Notes: a model not told the origin generated them from the sequence alone. Numbered from the stretch's first letter, positions 1-10,582 are shown. The stretch: 64,000 nucleotides of DNA from Rhabdothermincola salaria (GCF_021246445.1 NZ_JAJQXW010000001.1:922068-986067); one strand, 5' to 3'. Translations and numbers: made by a program.

Positions 1-1
1 C

Positions 2-604
2 GTCGACGACTGCCTCGCCGGGGAGCCCGAGTTCGGCGTGGTGCTCATCGAACGGGGGAGCGAGGTCGGCGGCGGTGACCTGCGCCGTGACGTCGGCACC
101 GTCGCCCGCATCGTGGAGGCCGTGCGCTTCGACGACGGCCGCTGGGGTCTGGGCTGCGTGGGCGTGCGCCGGGTCCGGGTGGATCACTGGTTGCCCGACG
201 ACCCCTATCCCCGTGCGGAGATCGCCGACTGGGAGGACGAGCAGGTCGGGCCGGCAGCCACCGACCTCCTCGTCGAGGTGACCGCCCGCCTCCGTCAGGT
301 GCTGGCGGCCACCGCGGAGCTCGGCCTGCCCGCGGCGCCCGCCACCCTCGAGCTGGCCGACGACCCGGTCCTGGCCAGCTACCAGGCCAGCGCCCTGGCC
401 CCCTTCGGCCCCGCCGACCACCACGACCTCCTCGCCGAACCGGGCCCCGAGGCCCGGCTGGCCCACCTCCGGCACCTGTTGGTCGAGGAGACCGAGTACC
501 TGGAGCGTCGACTGGCCATGGCCTCCGAGGACCTCGGCCCCCCGGACGACGACGACCGCCCTCGGCCCGAACCCGGCGACGACCCGCCGGACGACGACAC
601 CTGA
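2..604 (+). CDS. LON peptidase substrate-binding (LON_N) domain protein, 5'-partial
   Basis: Frame open from the window edge; FGVVLIERGSEVGGG..VGTVARI..G.RRVRVDHWLPDDPYP motifs typical of standalone LON_N proteins. Confidence 0.85.
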   Translation, partial: VDDCLAGEPEFGVVLIERGSEVGGGDLRRDVGTVARIVEAVRFDDGRWGLGCVGVRRVRVDHWLPDDPYPRAEIADWEDEQVGPAATDLLVEVTARLRQVLAATAELGLPAAPATLELADDPVLASYQASALAPFGPADHHDLLAEPGPEARLAHLRHLLVEETEYLERRLAMASEDLGPPDDDDRPRPEPGDDPPDDDT

Positions 605-703
605 TCGCTCGTCGCTGGAGGACGTTGCGCCGGCATGGAGATCGGCTTTCGGCGGTGTGGGTAGGGTTGGCCGTTGACCGTCCCCGTCGACGAGGTGAGC
701 TGC

Positions 704-1048
704 GTGGCCAACAAGACATCGGTGCCCGACACCCTGCAAGAGCTCAAGGACCTGCTCGTCTCGTACGCCAAGCAGGAGACGATCGATCCTCTGCGCAACG
801 TGGGCCGGTTCCTCGGCTTCGGCCTCGGCGGCATCATGTTGCTGTCGCTCGGCACGGTCCTGCTGGCCCTGGCGGCCCTGCGGGCGCTGCAGACCCAGAC
901 CGGCGACGTGTTCGCCGGCTTCTGGTCCTGGGCGCCGTACCTCATCGTGATGGTGGGCCTGCTCGCCGTCACCGGCGTCGTGGCCAGCCGCATCACCAAG
1001 GGCGGGCTCGGCACGCCCGTCGAACCCAGCTCAGGGAAGGCACGATGA
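704..1048 (+). CDS. Actinobacterial holin-X-like two-TM membrane protein
   Basis: LKDLLVSYAKQETIDPL followed by two hydrophobic helices; GAGG before GTG 704 (alternative start 674). Confidence 0.65.
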   Translation: MANKTSVPDTLQELKDLLVSYAKQETIDPLRNVGRFLGFGLGGIMLLSLGTVLLALAALRALQTQTGDVFAGFWSWAPYLIVMVGLLAVTGVVASRITKGGLGTPVEPSSGKAR

Positions 1049-1266
1049 CCACGACCTCCACGCCGGGCGCGCCCATCACCCGCGACGACATCGAGGCCAA
1101 GTTCCGCGACATCCAGGGCGAGGTCGAGACCATGGAGACCGAGGCGCGCGACTACCTCGGCATGGCCATCGCCGCGGTCGCCGTCACCGTGGTCGTCGTC
1201 GCGTTCGTGCTCGGCAACCGGCGGGGCAAGAAGCGGCGCACGGTCGTCGAGATCCGCAGGGTCTGA
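1045..1266 (+). CDS. Small membrane protein (73 aa), possibly DUF3618/ElaB-like
   Basis: ATGA overlap with upstream stop; helical N-terminus (DDIEAKFRDIQGEVE), one TM helix, basic tail. Confidence 0.7.
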   Translation: MTTTSTPGAPITRDDIEAKFRDIQGEVETMETEARDYLGMAIAAVAVTVVVVAFVLGNRRGKKRRTVVEIRRV

Positions 1267-1586
1267 TGCCGCTGCTCGACACCGCCCGACGGCTGGGGCT
1301 CACGCGTGGGGTGTTCGGCGACAGCCGCCCCTGGCTGGTCATCGGTGGCCTGGCCTGGGGCCTCCGCGCTCTGCAGTGGGCGCGCCGGCCCTCACCCGAG
1401 ACGGTGATGCGCGAGGTGCTCGAACCGGGCGAGACCATCGTCATCCGCCACGACGGTGCCCCGCCGACCCGCCGGCAGCGCCGCAAGGCCGCCAAGGCGG
1501 TCAAGAAGGCGTCCCGACGGGCGGAGCGCAGCGACGCCGAGGCGACGGCGGCGACCCTCGACGCCGTCACCGGCCACGGGGGCTGA
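1266..1586 (+). CDS. Hypothetical membrane-associated protein
   Basis: TGATG coupling to upstream gene; one hydrophobic segment and a basic C-terminal region. Confidence 0.6.
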   Translation: MPLLDTARRLGLTRGVFGDSRPWLVIGGLAWGLRALQWARRPSPETVMREVLEPGETIVIRHDGAPPTRRQRRKAAKAVKKASRRAERSDAEATAATLDAVTGHGG

Positions 1587-1653
1587 CTCGCTCGTCTGCC
1601 CACCCGAGGGGGGCGGAGTTCGCTGTCGGCCCCCGGCCTGCGATCATGGGGAC

Positions 1654-1854
1654 GTGAAGGTGCTGTTGCGCAACCCCCGGCGGGAGATCGAGGTCCCGGG
1701 CCCGATCACCGTGATCAACCTGTTGGACCGCCTCGACCTCAACCGTGAGTCCGTGCTCGTCATCCGCGCCGGAGAGCTCGTGGCGGGCGACGCCACGTTG
1801 GCCGACGACGAGTCGGTCGAGGTCCGTCCCGTGATCTCGGGAGGCTTCCGATGA
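1654..1854 (+). CDS. ThiS/MoaD-family ubiquitin-like sulfur carrier (TtuB-like) ending GG-FR
   Basis: 66 aa beta-grasp pattern [47 protein letters not shown]-coupled to the TtuA-like gene. Confidence 0.85.
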   Translation: MKVLLRNPRREIEVPGPITVINLLDRLDLNRESVLVIRAGELVAGDATLADDESVEVRPVISGGFR

Positions 1855-2822
1855 AGTGCGTGACCTGTCGGGAACCGGCGATCATCGACATCCGCCGCCA
1901 CAACGCCAACTTCTGCGCCGAGCACTTCCTCGAGCAGTGCCGTCGTCAGGTCGTCAAGGCCATCGACGAGTTCGAGATGATCGCGCCGGGGGAGCGGGCA
2001 CTGGTCGCGGTGTCGGGCGGCAAGGACTCCCTCGCCGTCTGGGACCTGCTCACCGAGCTGGGCTACGACGCCGACGGCCTCTACCTGGGTCTCGGCATCG
2101 GCGAGTACAGCGACGTGTCGGGGCGCCATGCCCGCGACTTCGCCGCCGCCCGGGGGCTCAAGCTGCTCGAGGTCGACCTCCCCGAGCGCTTCGGCTACGA
2201 CATCCCCACCGGGGCCCGCGCCGCCCGCCGGGCGCCGTGCTCGGCGTGCGGGCTCTCCAAGCGCCACCTCTTCGACGCCGTGGCCGTCGAGGAGGGCTAC
2301 GACGTGCTCGTCACCGGCCACAACCTCGACGACGAGGCCGCCGTGCTGTTCGGCAACACCCTGCACTGGCACACCGAGTACCTCGGCCGCCAGCTCCCCG
2401 TCCTGGCCGAACGCGACGGCTTCCCCCGCAAGGTCAAGCCGCTGGTTCGCCTCACCGAGCGCGAGATGGCCGCCTACTGCGTCGTGCGGGGCATCGACTA
2501 CCTCGTCGACGAGTGCCCCATGGCCGCCGGCAACCGTCACCTCACCTACAAGGAAGCCTTGAACGACATCGAGAAGGCCTCACCCGGGGCCAAGCACTCC
2601 TTCTACTTCGGGTTCCTCGCGCGGGCCGCCGAACGCTTCGCCGACGAGGCCGAGACCGATCGTGAAGGTCTGCGCGCCTGTCCCACCTGCGGGGCTCCGA
2701 CCACCGCCGAGACGTGTGCGTTCTGCCGCCTGGTCGAACGGGCCGGTGGGGCCCGGCCCGACCCCTCGACGGCCACCGCGGTGCCCGTCGAGCTGGGACC
2801 GACGCGGGCCGGCGCCCGGTGA
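1851..2822 (+). CDS. ttuA: TtuA/Ncs6-type tRNA 2-thiolation enzyme (PP-loop, Fe-S, Zn fingers)
   Basis: N-terminal CxxC..CxxH Zn finger, SGGKDS PP-loop, CSAC, GHNLDD, ECP, C-terminal CPTC..CAFC. Confidence 0.8.
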   Translation: MKCVTCREPAIIDIRRHNANFCAEHFLEQCRRQVVKAIDEFEMIAPGERALVAVSGGKDSLAVWDLLTELGYDADGLYLGLGIGEYSDVSGRHARDFAAARGLKLLEVDLPERFGYDIPTGARAARRAPCSACGLSKRHLFDAVAVEEGYDVLVTGHNLDDEAAVLFGNTLHWHTEYLGRQLPVLAERDGFPRKVKPLVRLTEREMAAYCVVRGIDYLVDECPMAAGNRHLTYKEALNDIEKASPGAKHSFYFGFLARAAERFADEAETDREGLRACPTCGAPTTAETCAFCRLVERAGGARPDPSTATAVPVELGPTRAGAR

Positions 2823-3592
2823 GCCGCCTGTTCGGCGCCGGAGACCGCGTCCTGCTCATCGATCACAAGAAGCGCCGCTACCTCGTCACGCTCAAGGCCG
2901 GAGGGGAGTTCCACTCCCACGCCGGCTTCGTGCCGCACGACGCGGTGATCGGGGTCGAGGAGGGATCGACGGTCCGCTCCACCCGCCACCTGCCCTACCT
3001 GGCGATCCGCCCCACGCTGTCGGACTTCGTGCTCAAGATGCCCCGTGGCGCCCAGGTCATCTATCCCAAGGACCTCGGACCGATCCTCATGTTGGCCGAC
3101 CTCTTCCCGGGGGCCCGCGTGCTGGAGTCCGGCATCGGGTCCGGTGCCCTGTCCATGGCCATGCTCCGGGCCGGCGCCGACATCGTCGGCTACGAGCTCC
3201 GGGAGGACTTCGCCGCCCGGGCCCAGGAGAACGTCGCCTCCTTCCTGGGCGACGAGGCCATGAGCCGGTACCGGGTGGAGCTGCGCGACTGCTACGACGG
3301 CATCGACGAGACCGACCTCGACCGGGTCGTCCTCGACCTGCCCGAACCCTGGCGCATCGTCCCCCACGCCGAGAAGGCGCTTCACTCCGGCGGCATCTTG
3401 TTGGCCTACACGCCGAGCATCGTGCAGGTGATGCAGCTCCGCGAGGCGCTCGAGGCCAGCGCCTTCGAGATGGCCGAGACCGTCGAGGTGCTCAACCGCA
3501 CCTGGCACGTCGAAGGCCAGGCGGTGCGCCCGGATCACCGGATGGTGGCCCACACGGGCTTCCTCACCCACGCCCGCCTCCTGCGCGGCTGA
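2819..3592 (+). CDS. trmI: tRNA (adenine58-N1)-methyltransferase
   Basis: MPRGAQVIYPKD, VLESGIGSGAL, LDLPEPW, VRPDHRMVAHTGFL; GTGA overlap with ttuA stop. Confidence 0.93.
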   Translation: MSRLFGAGDRVLLIDHKKRRYLVTLKAGGEFHSHAGFVPHDAVIGVEEGSTVRSTRHLPYLAIRPTLSDFVLKMPRGAQVIYPKDLGPILMLADLFPGARVLESGIGSGALSMAMLRAGADIVGYELREDFAARAQENVASFLGDEAMSRYRVELRDCYDGIDETDLDRVVLDLPEPWRIVPHAEKALHSGGILLAYTPSIVQVMQLREALEASAFEMAETVEVLNRTWHVEGQAVRPDHRMVAHTGFLTHARLLRG

Positions 3593-3620
3593 GCCCCTTC
3601 GTCGCGATCCGAGCCGAGCC

Positions 3621-4793
3621 GTGAACCTCCTCGACGTGGCCCTGGTGGTCGTCGGCGTGGCCGTCGCGGTCGGCGGCTACCGGCTGGGCTTCATCACCCG
3701 GGTCGTGTCGTGGATCGGACTGGCGGTGGGGCTGATCCTCGCCGTCCGGCTCGCCCCGGCCCTGGTCTCCAGGATCGACCCCTCTCATGCCGGCATCGTG
3801 CTCGTGCTCACCGTGGGGCTGTTGTTGGTCGGGGCCTCCCTGGGCCAGGCGCTGGGCTTCCTCGTCGGGGGTCGGCTGCGTCCCCGACGACCCGACGGCG
3901 TCGTCGGCCGTCTCGACGGCGCCATGGGCGCCATCGCCGGCGTCGTGGGCCTGGTCGCGCTGGTCTGGCTGATGCTTCCGGTGCTGGCGGTGTCGCCGCC
4001 GTGGATCTCCCGGCCGGTCACCACCTCGTGGGTCGCCCGTGCGGTCGACCAGAACCTCCCCGAGCCGCCCGACGCCATGGCCGCCTTGCGGAGCCTCGTG
4101 GGCGAGGACTCCTTCCCGGAGGTCTTCGAGGCGCTGCGGCCCACTCCCGATCTCGGCCCGCCGCCGGAGGCGACCGGACTCGACCAGGCCACCAGCGAGA
4201 CCGTCGCCCGCTCGGTGTTGATGATCGAGGGCGTGGCCTGCGCCCGAGTCCAGGACGGCTCCGGTTGGGTGGCGGCACCCGAGACGGTGGTCACCAACGC
4301 CCACGTCGTGGCCGGACAGGCTCGCACCGAGGTCATCCGCGACGACGGTCGCCGCCTCGATGCACGTGTGATCGCCTTCGACCCCGACCGCGACCTCGCG
4401 GTGCTCGATGTCGACGGCCTCGACCGACCGGCGCTGACGGTCGTGGAGGCCGCCGCCGCGGCCGGGACCATCGGGGGCGTCTTCGGCCACCCCGGCGGCG
4501 AGCCGCTGCGCATCGCCCCGTTCGAGGTGGCCCGCCCCCTCGAGGCGACCGGGCGCGACATCTACGACGCCACCACCACCCGCCGCCAGGTCCTCGAGCT
4601 CTCCGCCGCCCTACGGCCCGGGGACTCCGGCTCGGCGCTCGTCGACCCCACCGGCCGGGTGGTCGGGGTGGCCTTCGCCATCGCTCGGGACCAGCCCGAC
4701 GTCGCCTACGCCCTCGCCACCCCGGAGCTGGAACCGGTGCTCGCCGACGCGGCCGTGGGCGCCACCGTCACCACCGGGGCCTGCCTGGGGTGA
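3621..4793 (+). CDS. marP: MarP-family membrane serine protease (CvpA TM domain + trypsin-like domain)
   Basis: Four N-terminal TM helices; catalytic motifs TNAHVV, DLAVL, GDSGS. Confidence 0.85.
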   Translation: MNLLDVALVVVGVAVAVGGYRLGFITRVVSWIGLAVGLILAVRLAPALVSRIDPSHAGIVLVLTVGLLLVGASLGQALGFLVGGRLRPRRPDGVVGRLDGAMGAIAGVVGLVALVWLMLPVLAVSPPWISRPVTTSWVARAVDQNLPEPPDAMAALRSLVGEDSFPEVFEALRPTPDLGPPPEATGLDQATSETVARSVLMIEGVACARVQDGSGWVAAPETVVTNAHVVAGQARTEVIRDDGRRLDARVIAFDPDRDLAVLDVDGLDRPALTVVEAAAAAGTIGGVFGHPGGEPLRIAPFEVARPLEATGRDIYDATTTRRQVLELSAALRPGDSGSALVDPTGRVVGVAFAIARDQPDVAYALATPELEPVLADAAVGATVTTGACLG

Positions 4794-4919
4794 CCGGTGG
4801 CCCGAGCGCCACGGCGACGGCGACGGCGACGGGACCGGGCGCGACACGAGGGAGGCAGTGCCTCCCTCGTGGTCAGTACCGATGCAGCTGGTGTCGGGCG
4901 GGCGCCGGACGCCCGCCGC

Positions 4920-5156
4920 TCACTCGGCTTCGATGAAGATGCACTCGCCGGGGCACTCCTCGGCGGACTCGATCACGGCGTCGAGCTGTCCGTCGGGGAT
5001 GTTGGCCATGCCGGCCGCGCCGCCCGGGTCGGAGAACACCTTGTCGCCCTCCCTGACGTAGGCGAGGCCGTCGTCGAGCAGGGTGAACACGTCAGGGGCG
5101 ATCTCTTCGCAGAGGCCGTCGCCGGTGCAGAGATCCTGGTCGATCCAGACCTTCAT
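4920..5156 (-). CDS. Single-cluster ferredoxin (CxxDxxC type)
   Basis: 78 aa, CTGDGLCEEIAP..ECPGECI; GAGG upstream; divergent from arc. Confidence 0.93.
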   Translation of the reverse strand: MKVWIDQDLCTGDGLCEEIAPDVFTLLDDGLAYVREGDKVFSDPGGAAGMANIPDGQLDAVIESAEECPGECIFIEAE

Positions 5157-5437
5157 TCGCCATGTACCTCTTCGTGAGGGAGTCGGGGTGGGGTGGCGTC
5201 CGCCGCAGAGGCGGGGGCCGTTCGACGGCCACTCTAGTGCACCTCCGGGGGATTTCCCCGGCATTGTCGGGAGAAATTCTGAGGGGCGAGCGCAGCTTAC
5301 GGCCCGGTGAGCATTCCCGGCGGCCATGCGCCCGTGCAAGTCCGTGTCACCGCCGTGTGAACCGTGCCGCCGCTCCGCCGGTCTGGGCAGGGACCGGGAT
5401 AGGGTCGACGACCACGCCGTGACCGAGGAGGTGGGCC

Positions 5438-7198
5438 GTGCCCGCACCGGACGACGACACCACCGAGAACGACGAACTGGCCGCCGTGCAGGACCAGATC
5501 GCCACGCTCGAGGAGGAGGTCGCCTCCCTGCGCCAACGCCTCCAGGACGCCCCCAAGCGCGTCCGCACCCTCGAGGAGCGCCTCCTCGAGACCAAGGGCC
5601 AGCTGGCCCAGGCCGTCTCGCAGAACGAGAAGCTGACCTACACGTTGCGAGAGGCACGTGAGCACATCGCCGCCCTGCGAGACGAGGTCGACAAGCTCAC
5701 CCAGCCACCCGCGGCCTACGGCACCTTCCTCGGCCGCAACGACGACGGCACCGTCGACGTCTTCTCCGGCGGACGCAAGGTGCGCGTCGCGGTGCACCCC
5801 GACCTCGACCACGTCGACCTGGCCCGTGGCTCGGAGGTCGTGCTCAACGACTCCCTCAACGTCGTACTGGCCCGGGCTCACGAGCGCACCGGCGAGGTGG
5901 TGACCTTCAAGGAGCTGCTCGACGACGGTCGTCGGGCCATGATCCTCGGGCGCGCCGACGAGGAGCAGGTCGTCGAGATCTGCGAGGACCTCCTCGCCGG
6001 ACCCCGGCTGCGAGCCGGCGATTCGGTGCTGCTCGACCCCCGCGCCGCCCTCCTGCTCGAGAAGCTGCCCCGCCCCGAGGTCGAGGAGCTCGTCCTCGAG
6101 GAGGTCCCCGACGTCTCCTACGCCGACGTGGGCGGCCTCGACGGCCAGATCGACCAGATCATGGATGCCGTCGAGCTGCCCTTCCTGCACCAGGACCTGT
6201 TCGCCGAGCACAAGCTCCCGGCCCCCAAGGGCATCTTGTTGTACGGCCCGCCGGGATGCGGCAAGACGCTCATCGCCAAGGCCGTCGCCAACTCCCTCGC
6301 CAAGAAGGTGGCCGAGGTCTCCGGCGACCAGGAGGCCCGCAGCTACTTCCTCAACATCAAGGGCCCCGAGCTGCTCAACAAGTACGTGGGCGAGACGGAG
6401 CGCCAGATCCGCCTCGTGTTCGAGCGAGCTCGCGAGAAGAGCGAGGAGGGCTGGCCCGTCATCGTCTTCTTCGACGAGATGGACTCCCTGTTCCGCACCC
6501 GCGGCACCGGCATCAGCTCGGACATGGAGTCCACGATCGTGCCGCAGCTCCTCGCCGAGATCGACGGCGTCGAAACCCTCAAGAACGTCATCGTGATCGG
6601 CGCCTCCAACCGCGAGGACCTCATCGATCCGGCCATCCTGCGCCCCGGACGCCTCGACGTGAAGATCAAGATCGAGCGTCCCGACGAGGGCGCGGCCGCC
6701 CAGATCTTCGCCCGGTACCTCACCGCCGACCTGCCCCTCGACGTCGACGAGGTCGACCAGCTCGGCGGGGGCGATCCCGAGAAGGCGGTACGGCTCATGA
6801 TCGAGCAGACCGTCGCCGAGATGTACCGCCACGACGAGGCCAACCAGTTCCTCGAGGTCACCTACCAGAACGGCGACAAGGAGGTCATGTACTTCAAGGA
6901 CTTCTCCTCGGGCGCCATGATCGAGAACATCGTGCGCCGGGCCAAGAAGCTGGCGATCAAGCGCTTCCTCGCCGACGGCGTGCGCGGCATCCGGGTGGAC
7001 GACCTCATCGAGTCGATCCACCAGGAGTACAAGGAGCACGAGGACCTGCCCAACACGACCAACCCCGACGACTGGGCCAAGATCTCGGGCAAGAAGGGGG
7101 AGCGCATCGTCTACGTCCGCACCCTGGTCAAGAAGGCCGACACCGACCCCCAGGGCGGTCGATCCATCGAGCGGGTCGCGACCGGCCAGTACCTCTGA
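5438..7198 (+). CDS. arc: Proteasome AAA+ ATPase ARC/Mpa
   Basis: N-terminal coiled coil, OB domains, Walker A GPPGCGKT, Walker B FFDEMD, C-terminal GQYL. Confidence 0.97.
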   Translation: MPAPDDDTTENDELAAVQDQIATLEEEVASLRQRLQDAPKRVRTLEERLLETKGQLAQAVSQNEKLTYTLREAREHIAALRDEVDKLTQPPAAYGTFLGRNDDGTVDVFSGGRKVRVAVHPDLDHVDLARGSEVVLNDSLNVVLARAHERTGEVVTFKELLDDGRRAMILGRADEEQVVEICEDLLAGPRLRAGDSVLLDPRAALLLEKLPRPEVEELVLEEVPDVSYADVGGLDGQIDQIMDAVELPFLHQDLFAEHKLPAPKGILLYGPPGCGKTLIAKAVANSLAKKVAEVSGDQEARSYFLNIKGPELLNKYVGETERQIRLVFERAREKSEEGWPVIVFFDEMDSLFRTRGTGISSDMESTIVPQLLAEIDGVETLKNVIVIGASNREDLIDPAILRPGRLDVKIKIERPDEGAAAQIFARYLTADLPLDVDEVDQLGGGDPEKAVRLMIEQTVAEMYRHDEANQFLEVTYQNGDKEVMYFKDFSSGAMIENIVRRAKKLAIKRFLADGVRGIRVDDLIESIHQEYKEHEDLPNTTNPDDWAKISGKKGERIVYVRTLVKKADTDPQGGRSIERVATGQYL

Positions 7199-7205
7199 GG
7201 CGACC

Positions 7206-8717
7206 ATGGCCATCGCCAAGATCTGCGGGATCGAGACCGAGTACGGCATCGTCATGCGCGGCACCGACGACCCCAACCCCATCGCCGCCTCCTCGATCCT
7301 CATCACGTCGTACCTCAACGACATCGCCGAGGCGCCGGGGACGCCCGGTCCCGCACCCAAGGTCGACTGGGACTTCGAGGACGAACAGCCCGGCACCGAC
7401 GCGCGGGGCTGGTCGCCGCTGGAGGCCATGGCCCCGGAGGTCGAGACCAACCTGGTGAACGCCGTGCTCACCAACGGCGCCCGCTACTACGTCGACCACG
7501 CCCACCCGGAGTGCTCGACCCCGGAGTGCGCCGACGCCCGCTCGGTCGTGGTCTTCGACCGGGCCGCCGAACGCATCCTGCAACGGTCGATGGCGGCGGC
7601 CAACCGGTCCCTGCCCCCGGGGCAGGAGATCGTCATCTACAAGAACAACTCCGACGGCAAGGGCAACTCCTACGGCTGCCACGAGAACTACCTGATGGAC
7701 CGCGAGGTGCCCTTCGGTCGGATCGTGAGCCAGGTCACCCCTCACTTCGTCACCCGCCAGATCTTCTGCGGGGCGGGCAAGGTGGGCTGCGAGGCGGGCC
7801 TCGGACCCGACGAGGTGCCGTTCCAGATCAGTCAACGAGCCGACTTCTTCGAAGAGGAGGTCGGTCTCGAGACCACGCTCAAGCGCCCCATCGTCAACAC
7901 CCGCGACGAGCCCCACGCCGACGCGTCGAAGTACCGGCGCCTCCACGTCATCATCGGTGACGCCAACCTCTCCGAGGTGGCCACGTTCTTGAAGGTCGGC
8001 ACCACCGCCCTCGTGCTGGCCATGATCGAGGACGACGTCCTACCCCGGCAGTTCGTCTTCGCCACCCCCGTCCCGTCCCTGCGCGCGGTCAGCTACGACC
8101 TGGGCCTCTCCACGCCGCTGGCCCTCGCCGACGGCACCACCGTGACCGCCCTCGAGGTGCAGTGGGAGCTCTACGCCCGGGCCCGCAAGTACGCCGACGA
8201 CGGCGGGCTCGAGGCCGTGGGGGCCGACGTGGGGGCCGAGGTCCTGCGGCGCTGGGAGGCCGTGCTCACCGGGCTCGAGTCCGACCCCATGGCCCTGGCC
8301 GGCCAGCTCGACTGGGTGGCCAAGTACCGCCTCGTCGACGCCTATCGCCAGCGCCACGAGCTGGCCTGGGGCGACGCCCGGCTGGCGGCCCTCGACCTGC
8401 AGTACCACGACCTGCGCCCGGACCGCTCGCTCGCCGCCCGCGTCGGGCTCGAGCGCCTGACCACCGATCAGGAGGTCGACGCGGCGATGACCGAGCCACC
8501 CACCGACACCCGGGCGTACTTCCGCGGGAAGTGCCTGCAGAAGTACGCCGACGACGTGGTCGCGGCCAACTGGGACTCCATGGTGTTCGACATCGGCAGC
8601 GAGCCGCTGCGTCGGGTCCCGATGATGGAACCCTCCCGCGGAACCGAGGCCCACGTGGGTAGCGTGATCCGAGACAGCGACACCTCCGCCGAGCTCCTCG
8701 AGCGGTTGGGTTCCTGA
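7206..8717 (+). CDS. dop: Pup deamidase/depupylase Dop
   Basis: [40 protein letters not shown]; directly upstream of pup. Confidence 0.96.
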   Translation: MAIAKICGIETEYGIVMRGTDDPNPIAASSILITSYLNDIAEAPGTPGPAPKVDWDFEDEQPGTDARGWSPLEAMAPEVETNLVNAVLTNGARYYVDHAHPECSTPECADARSVVVFDRAAERILQRSMAAANRSLPPGQEIVIYKNNSDGKGNSYGCHENYLMDREVPFGRIVSQVTPHFVTRQIFCGAGKVGCEAGLGPDEVPFQISQRADFFEEEVGLETTLKRPIVNTRDEPHADASKYRRLHVIIGDANLSEVATFLKVGTTALVLAMIEDDVLPRQFVFATPVPSLRAVSYDLGLSTPLALADGTTVTALEVQWELYARARKYADDGGLEAVGADVGAEVLRRWEAVLTGLESDPMALAGQLDWVAKYRLVDAYRQRHELAWGDARLAALDLQYHDLRPDRSLAARVGLERLTTDQEVDAAMTEPPTDTRAYFRGKCLQKYADDVVAANWDSMVFDIGSEPLRRVPMMEPSRGTEAHVGSVIRDSDTSAELLERLGS

Positions 8718-8745
8718 CCCCTCTCGAACGAAGGACGACAACGCG

Positions 8746-8940
8746 ATGGCCGAGCGAGAGCAGATCCGCAAGACCACCACCGAGAAGGCCGACGTCGAGG
8801 TCGACGAGGCCCCTGTCAGCACCGAGAAGGGCGAGAAGCTCAAGGCCGAGCTCGACGACCTGCTCGACGAGATCGACGAGGTCCTCGAGACCAACGCCGA
8901 GGACTTCGTGCGCAGCTTCGTCCAGAAGGGCGGGCAGTAG
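8746..8940 (+). CDS. pup: Prokaryotic ubiquitin-like protein Pup (GGQ type)
   Basis: DDLLDEIDEVLETNAEDFVRSFVQKGGQ. Confidence 0.97.
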   Translation: MAEREQIRKTTTEKADVEVDEAPVSTEKGEKLKAELDDLLDEIDEVLETNAEDFVRSFVQKGGQ

Positions 8941-8978
8941 CCCGCCGGACACCCGGCCCGGCACTAGCCTCGGCGCTC

Positions 8979-9824
8979 GTGACCATGCCGTTCTTCTCAC
9001 CCCCCGACGACCCCGGACCCGACTTCGCCGGGCTGTTGCGCCGGTCAGGCCTGGCTCCGGAGGCGCCCACCTCCGACGTCGCCGCCCGGATGCCCATCAC
9101 CCACGCCACCACCGTGGTCGCCATCCGCTACGCCGACGGGGTGGTGATGGCCGGTGACCGACGGGCCACGTCCGGCAACCTCATCTCGCACCGAGCCATC
9201 GAGAAGGTCTTCCCCGCCGACCGCCACAGCGGGGTGGCCATCGCCGGTGCCGCCGGACCGGCGATGGAGATGGTCAAGCTCTTCCAGCTGCAGCTCGAGC
9301 ACTACGAGAAGGTCGAGGGCAGCGCCCTCAGCCTCGAGGGCAAGGCCAACCAGCTCGGCCAGATGGTGCGGGGCAACCTCGGTGCGGCCCTGCAGGGTCT
9401 GGCCGTGGTGCCGCTCTTCGCCGGCTACGACGTGCTGCGGGGGACCGGCCGGCTCTTCCAGTACGACGTCACCGGCGGTCGCTACGAGGAGTCCAACTTC
9501 GCGTCCACCGGTTCGGGCAGCCTCCACGCCGGCACGGTGGTCAAGATCGGCTTCCGGGAGGGCCTCGAGCGGGCCCAGGCGCTCGACCTGGCCGTCACCG
9601 CGCTGTTCCAGGCCGCGGACGACGATTCGGCCACCGGTGGCCCCGACCTGGTGCGCGGCATCTATCCCACCGTCGCCACCATCACCGCCGCCGGGTTCGA
9701 GAAGGTGACCGAGGCCGAGATCGCCGAGCGCTTCGGTGACCTGATCGAGGTCCTCGCCGCCCGCGAGCCCGCCATCCCGGGCCGTCTCCCCGAGACGGGC
9801 ACCGACACAGGGGACGACGTCTGA
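8979..9824 (+). CDS. prcB: 20S proteasome beta subunit
   Basis: Propeptide then HA/TTVVA; AGDRRAT; DDSATGGPD. Confidence 0.96.
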   Translation: MTMPFFSPPDDPGPDFAGLLRRSGLAPEAPTSDVAARMPITHATTVVAIRYADGVVMAGDRRATSGNLISHRAIEKVFPADRHSGVAIAGAAGPAMEMVKLFQLQLEHYEKVEGSALSLEGKANQLGQMVRGNLGAALQGLAVVPLFAGYDVLRGTGRLFQYDVTGGRYEESNFASTGSGSLHAGTVVKIGFREGLERAQALDLAVTALFQAADDDSATGGPDLVRGIYPTVATITAAGFEKVTEAEIAERFGDLIEVLAAREPAIPGRLPETGTDTGDDV

Positions 9825-10552
9825 TGAGCATGCCCTTCTACGTCGCCCCCGAGCAGGTCATGAAGGACCGGGCCGACTACGCCCGCAAGGGCATCGCCCG
9901 GGGCCGCTCGTTGGCGGCCGTCGTCTACGCCGACGGCATCCTGGTGGCGGCCGAGAACCCGTCCTCGACGCTGCGCAAGGTCAGCGAGATCTACGACCGC
10001 ATCGCCTTCGCTGGTGTCGGCAAGTACAACGAGTTCGACCAGCTGCGCATCGCGGGGGTGCGGGCCGCGGACCTCAAGGGCTATGCCTACAGCCGCGAGG
10101 ACGTCGACGCCCGCAGCCTGGCCAACAACTACGCCTCCATCCTCGGCCAGGTCTTCACCCACGAGATGAAGCCGATGGAGGTCGAGATCCTGGTGGCCGA
10201 GGTGAGCGCCGAGCCCGCCGGCGACCAGCTGTTCCACATCCTCTACGACGGCACGGTCATGGACGAGAACCGCTACACGGTGCTCGGCGGCGAAGCCGAG
10301 GCCATCGCCACCCGCCTGGGCGAGCTCTGGAGCGACGGTCTCGACCTCCAGGGCGCGGTGCGCGCCGCTGTGGCCGCGCTGGGCGGCCCCGACCGGGCGC
10401 TCGGACCCGACGAGCTCGAAGTGGCCCTCCTCGAGCGCACCACCCGGCGGCGGGCCTTCCGCCGCGTCGAGCGGCACGAGCTCCTCTCGTTGCTGCCCGC
10501 GGTCGAGGCGACCGCCGATCCGGCGGGGGCGCCGGCCGAGGGTGGCGACTGA
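9824..10552 (+). CDS. prcA: 20S proteasome alpha subunit
   Basis: MPFYVAPEQVMKDRADYARKGIARGRS. Confidence 0.96.
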   Translation: MSMPFYVAPEQVMKDRADYARKGIARGRSLAAVVYADGILVAAENPSSTLRKVSEIYDRIAFAGVGKYNEFDQLRIAGVRAADLKGYAYSREDVDARSLANNYASILGQVFTHEMKPMEVEILVAEVSAEPAGDQLFHILYDGTVMDENRYTVLGGEAEAIATRLGELWSDGLDLQGAVRAAVAALGGPDRALGPDELEVALLERTTRRRAFRRVERHELLSLLPAVEATADPAGAPAEGGD

Positions 10553-10582
10553 CCCTGCCCGTCGGTCGGTAGCGTGCCCTGC

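Noticed and set aside
704..1048. Prophage inferred from the holin-like gene
   Set aside because: This family is commonly chromosomal in Actinobacteria and no other phage genes are present.
1624..1648. PafBC (TGTCGG-N10-TAnnnT) promoter upstream of the Ubl gene
   Set aside because: TGTCGG is present but spacing and -10 (N12-GATCAT) do not fit; no clean match before pafA or SRAP either.
4810..4832. Short intergenic hexamer repeats (GACGGC here, GCTCCC near 38033-38056)
   Set aside because: Only 3-4 copies of GC-rich hexamers; probably slippage with no evident function.
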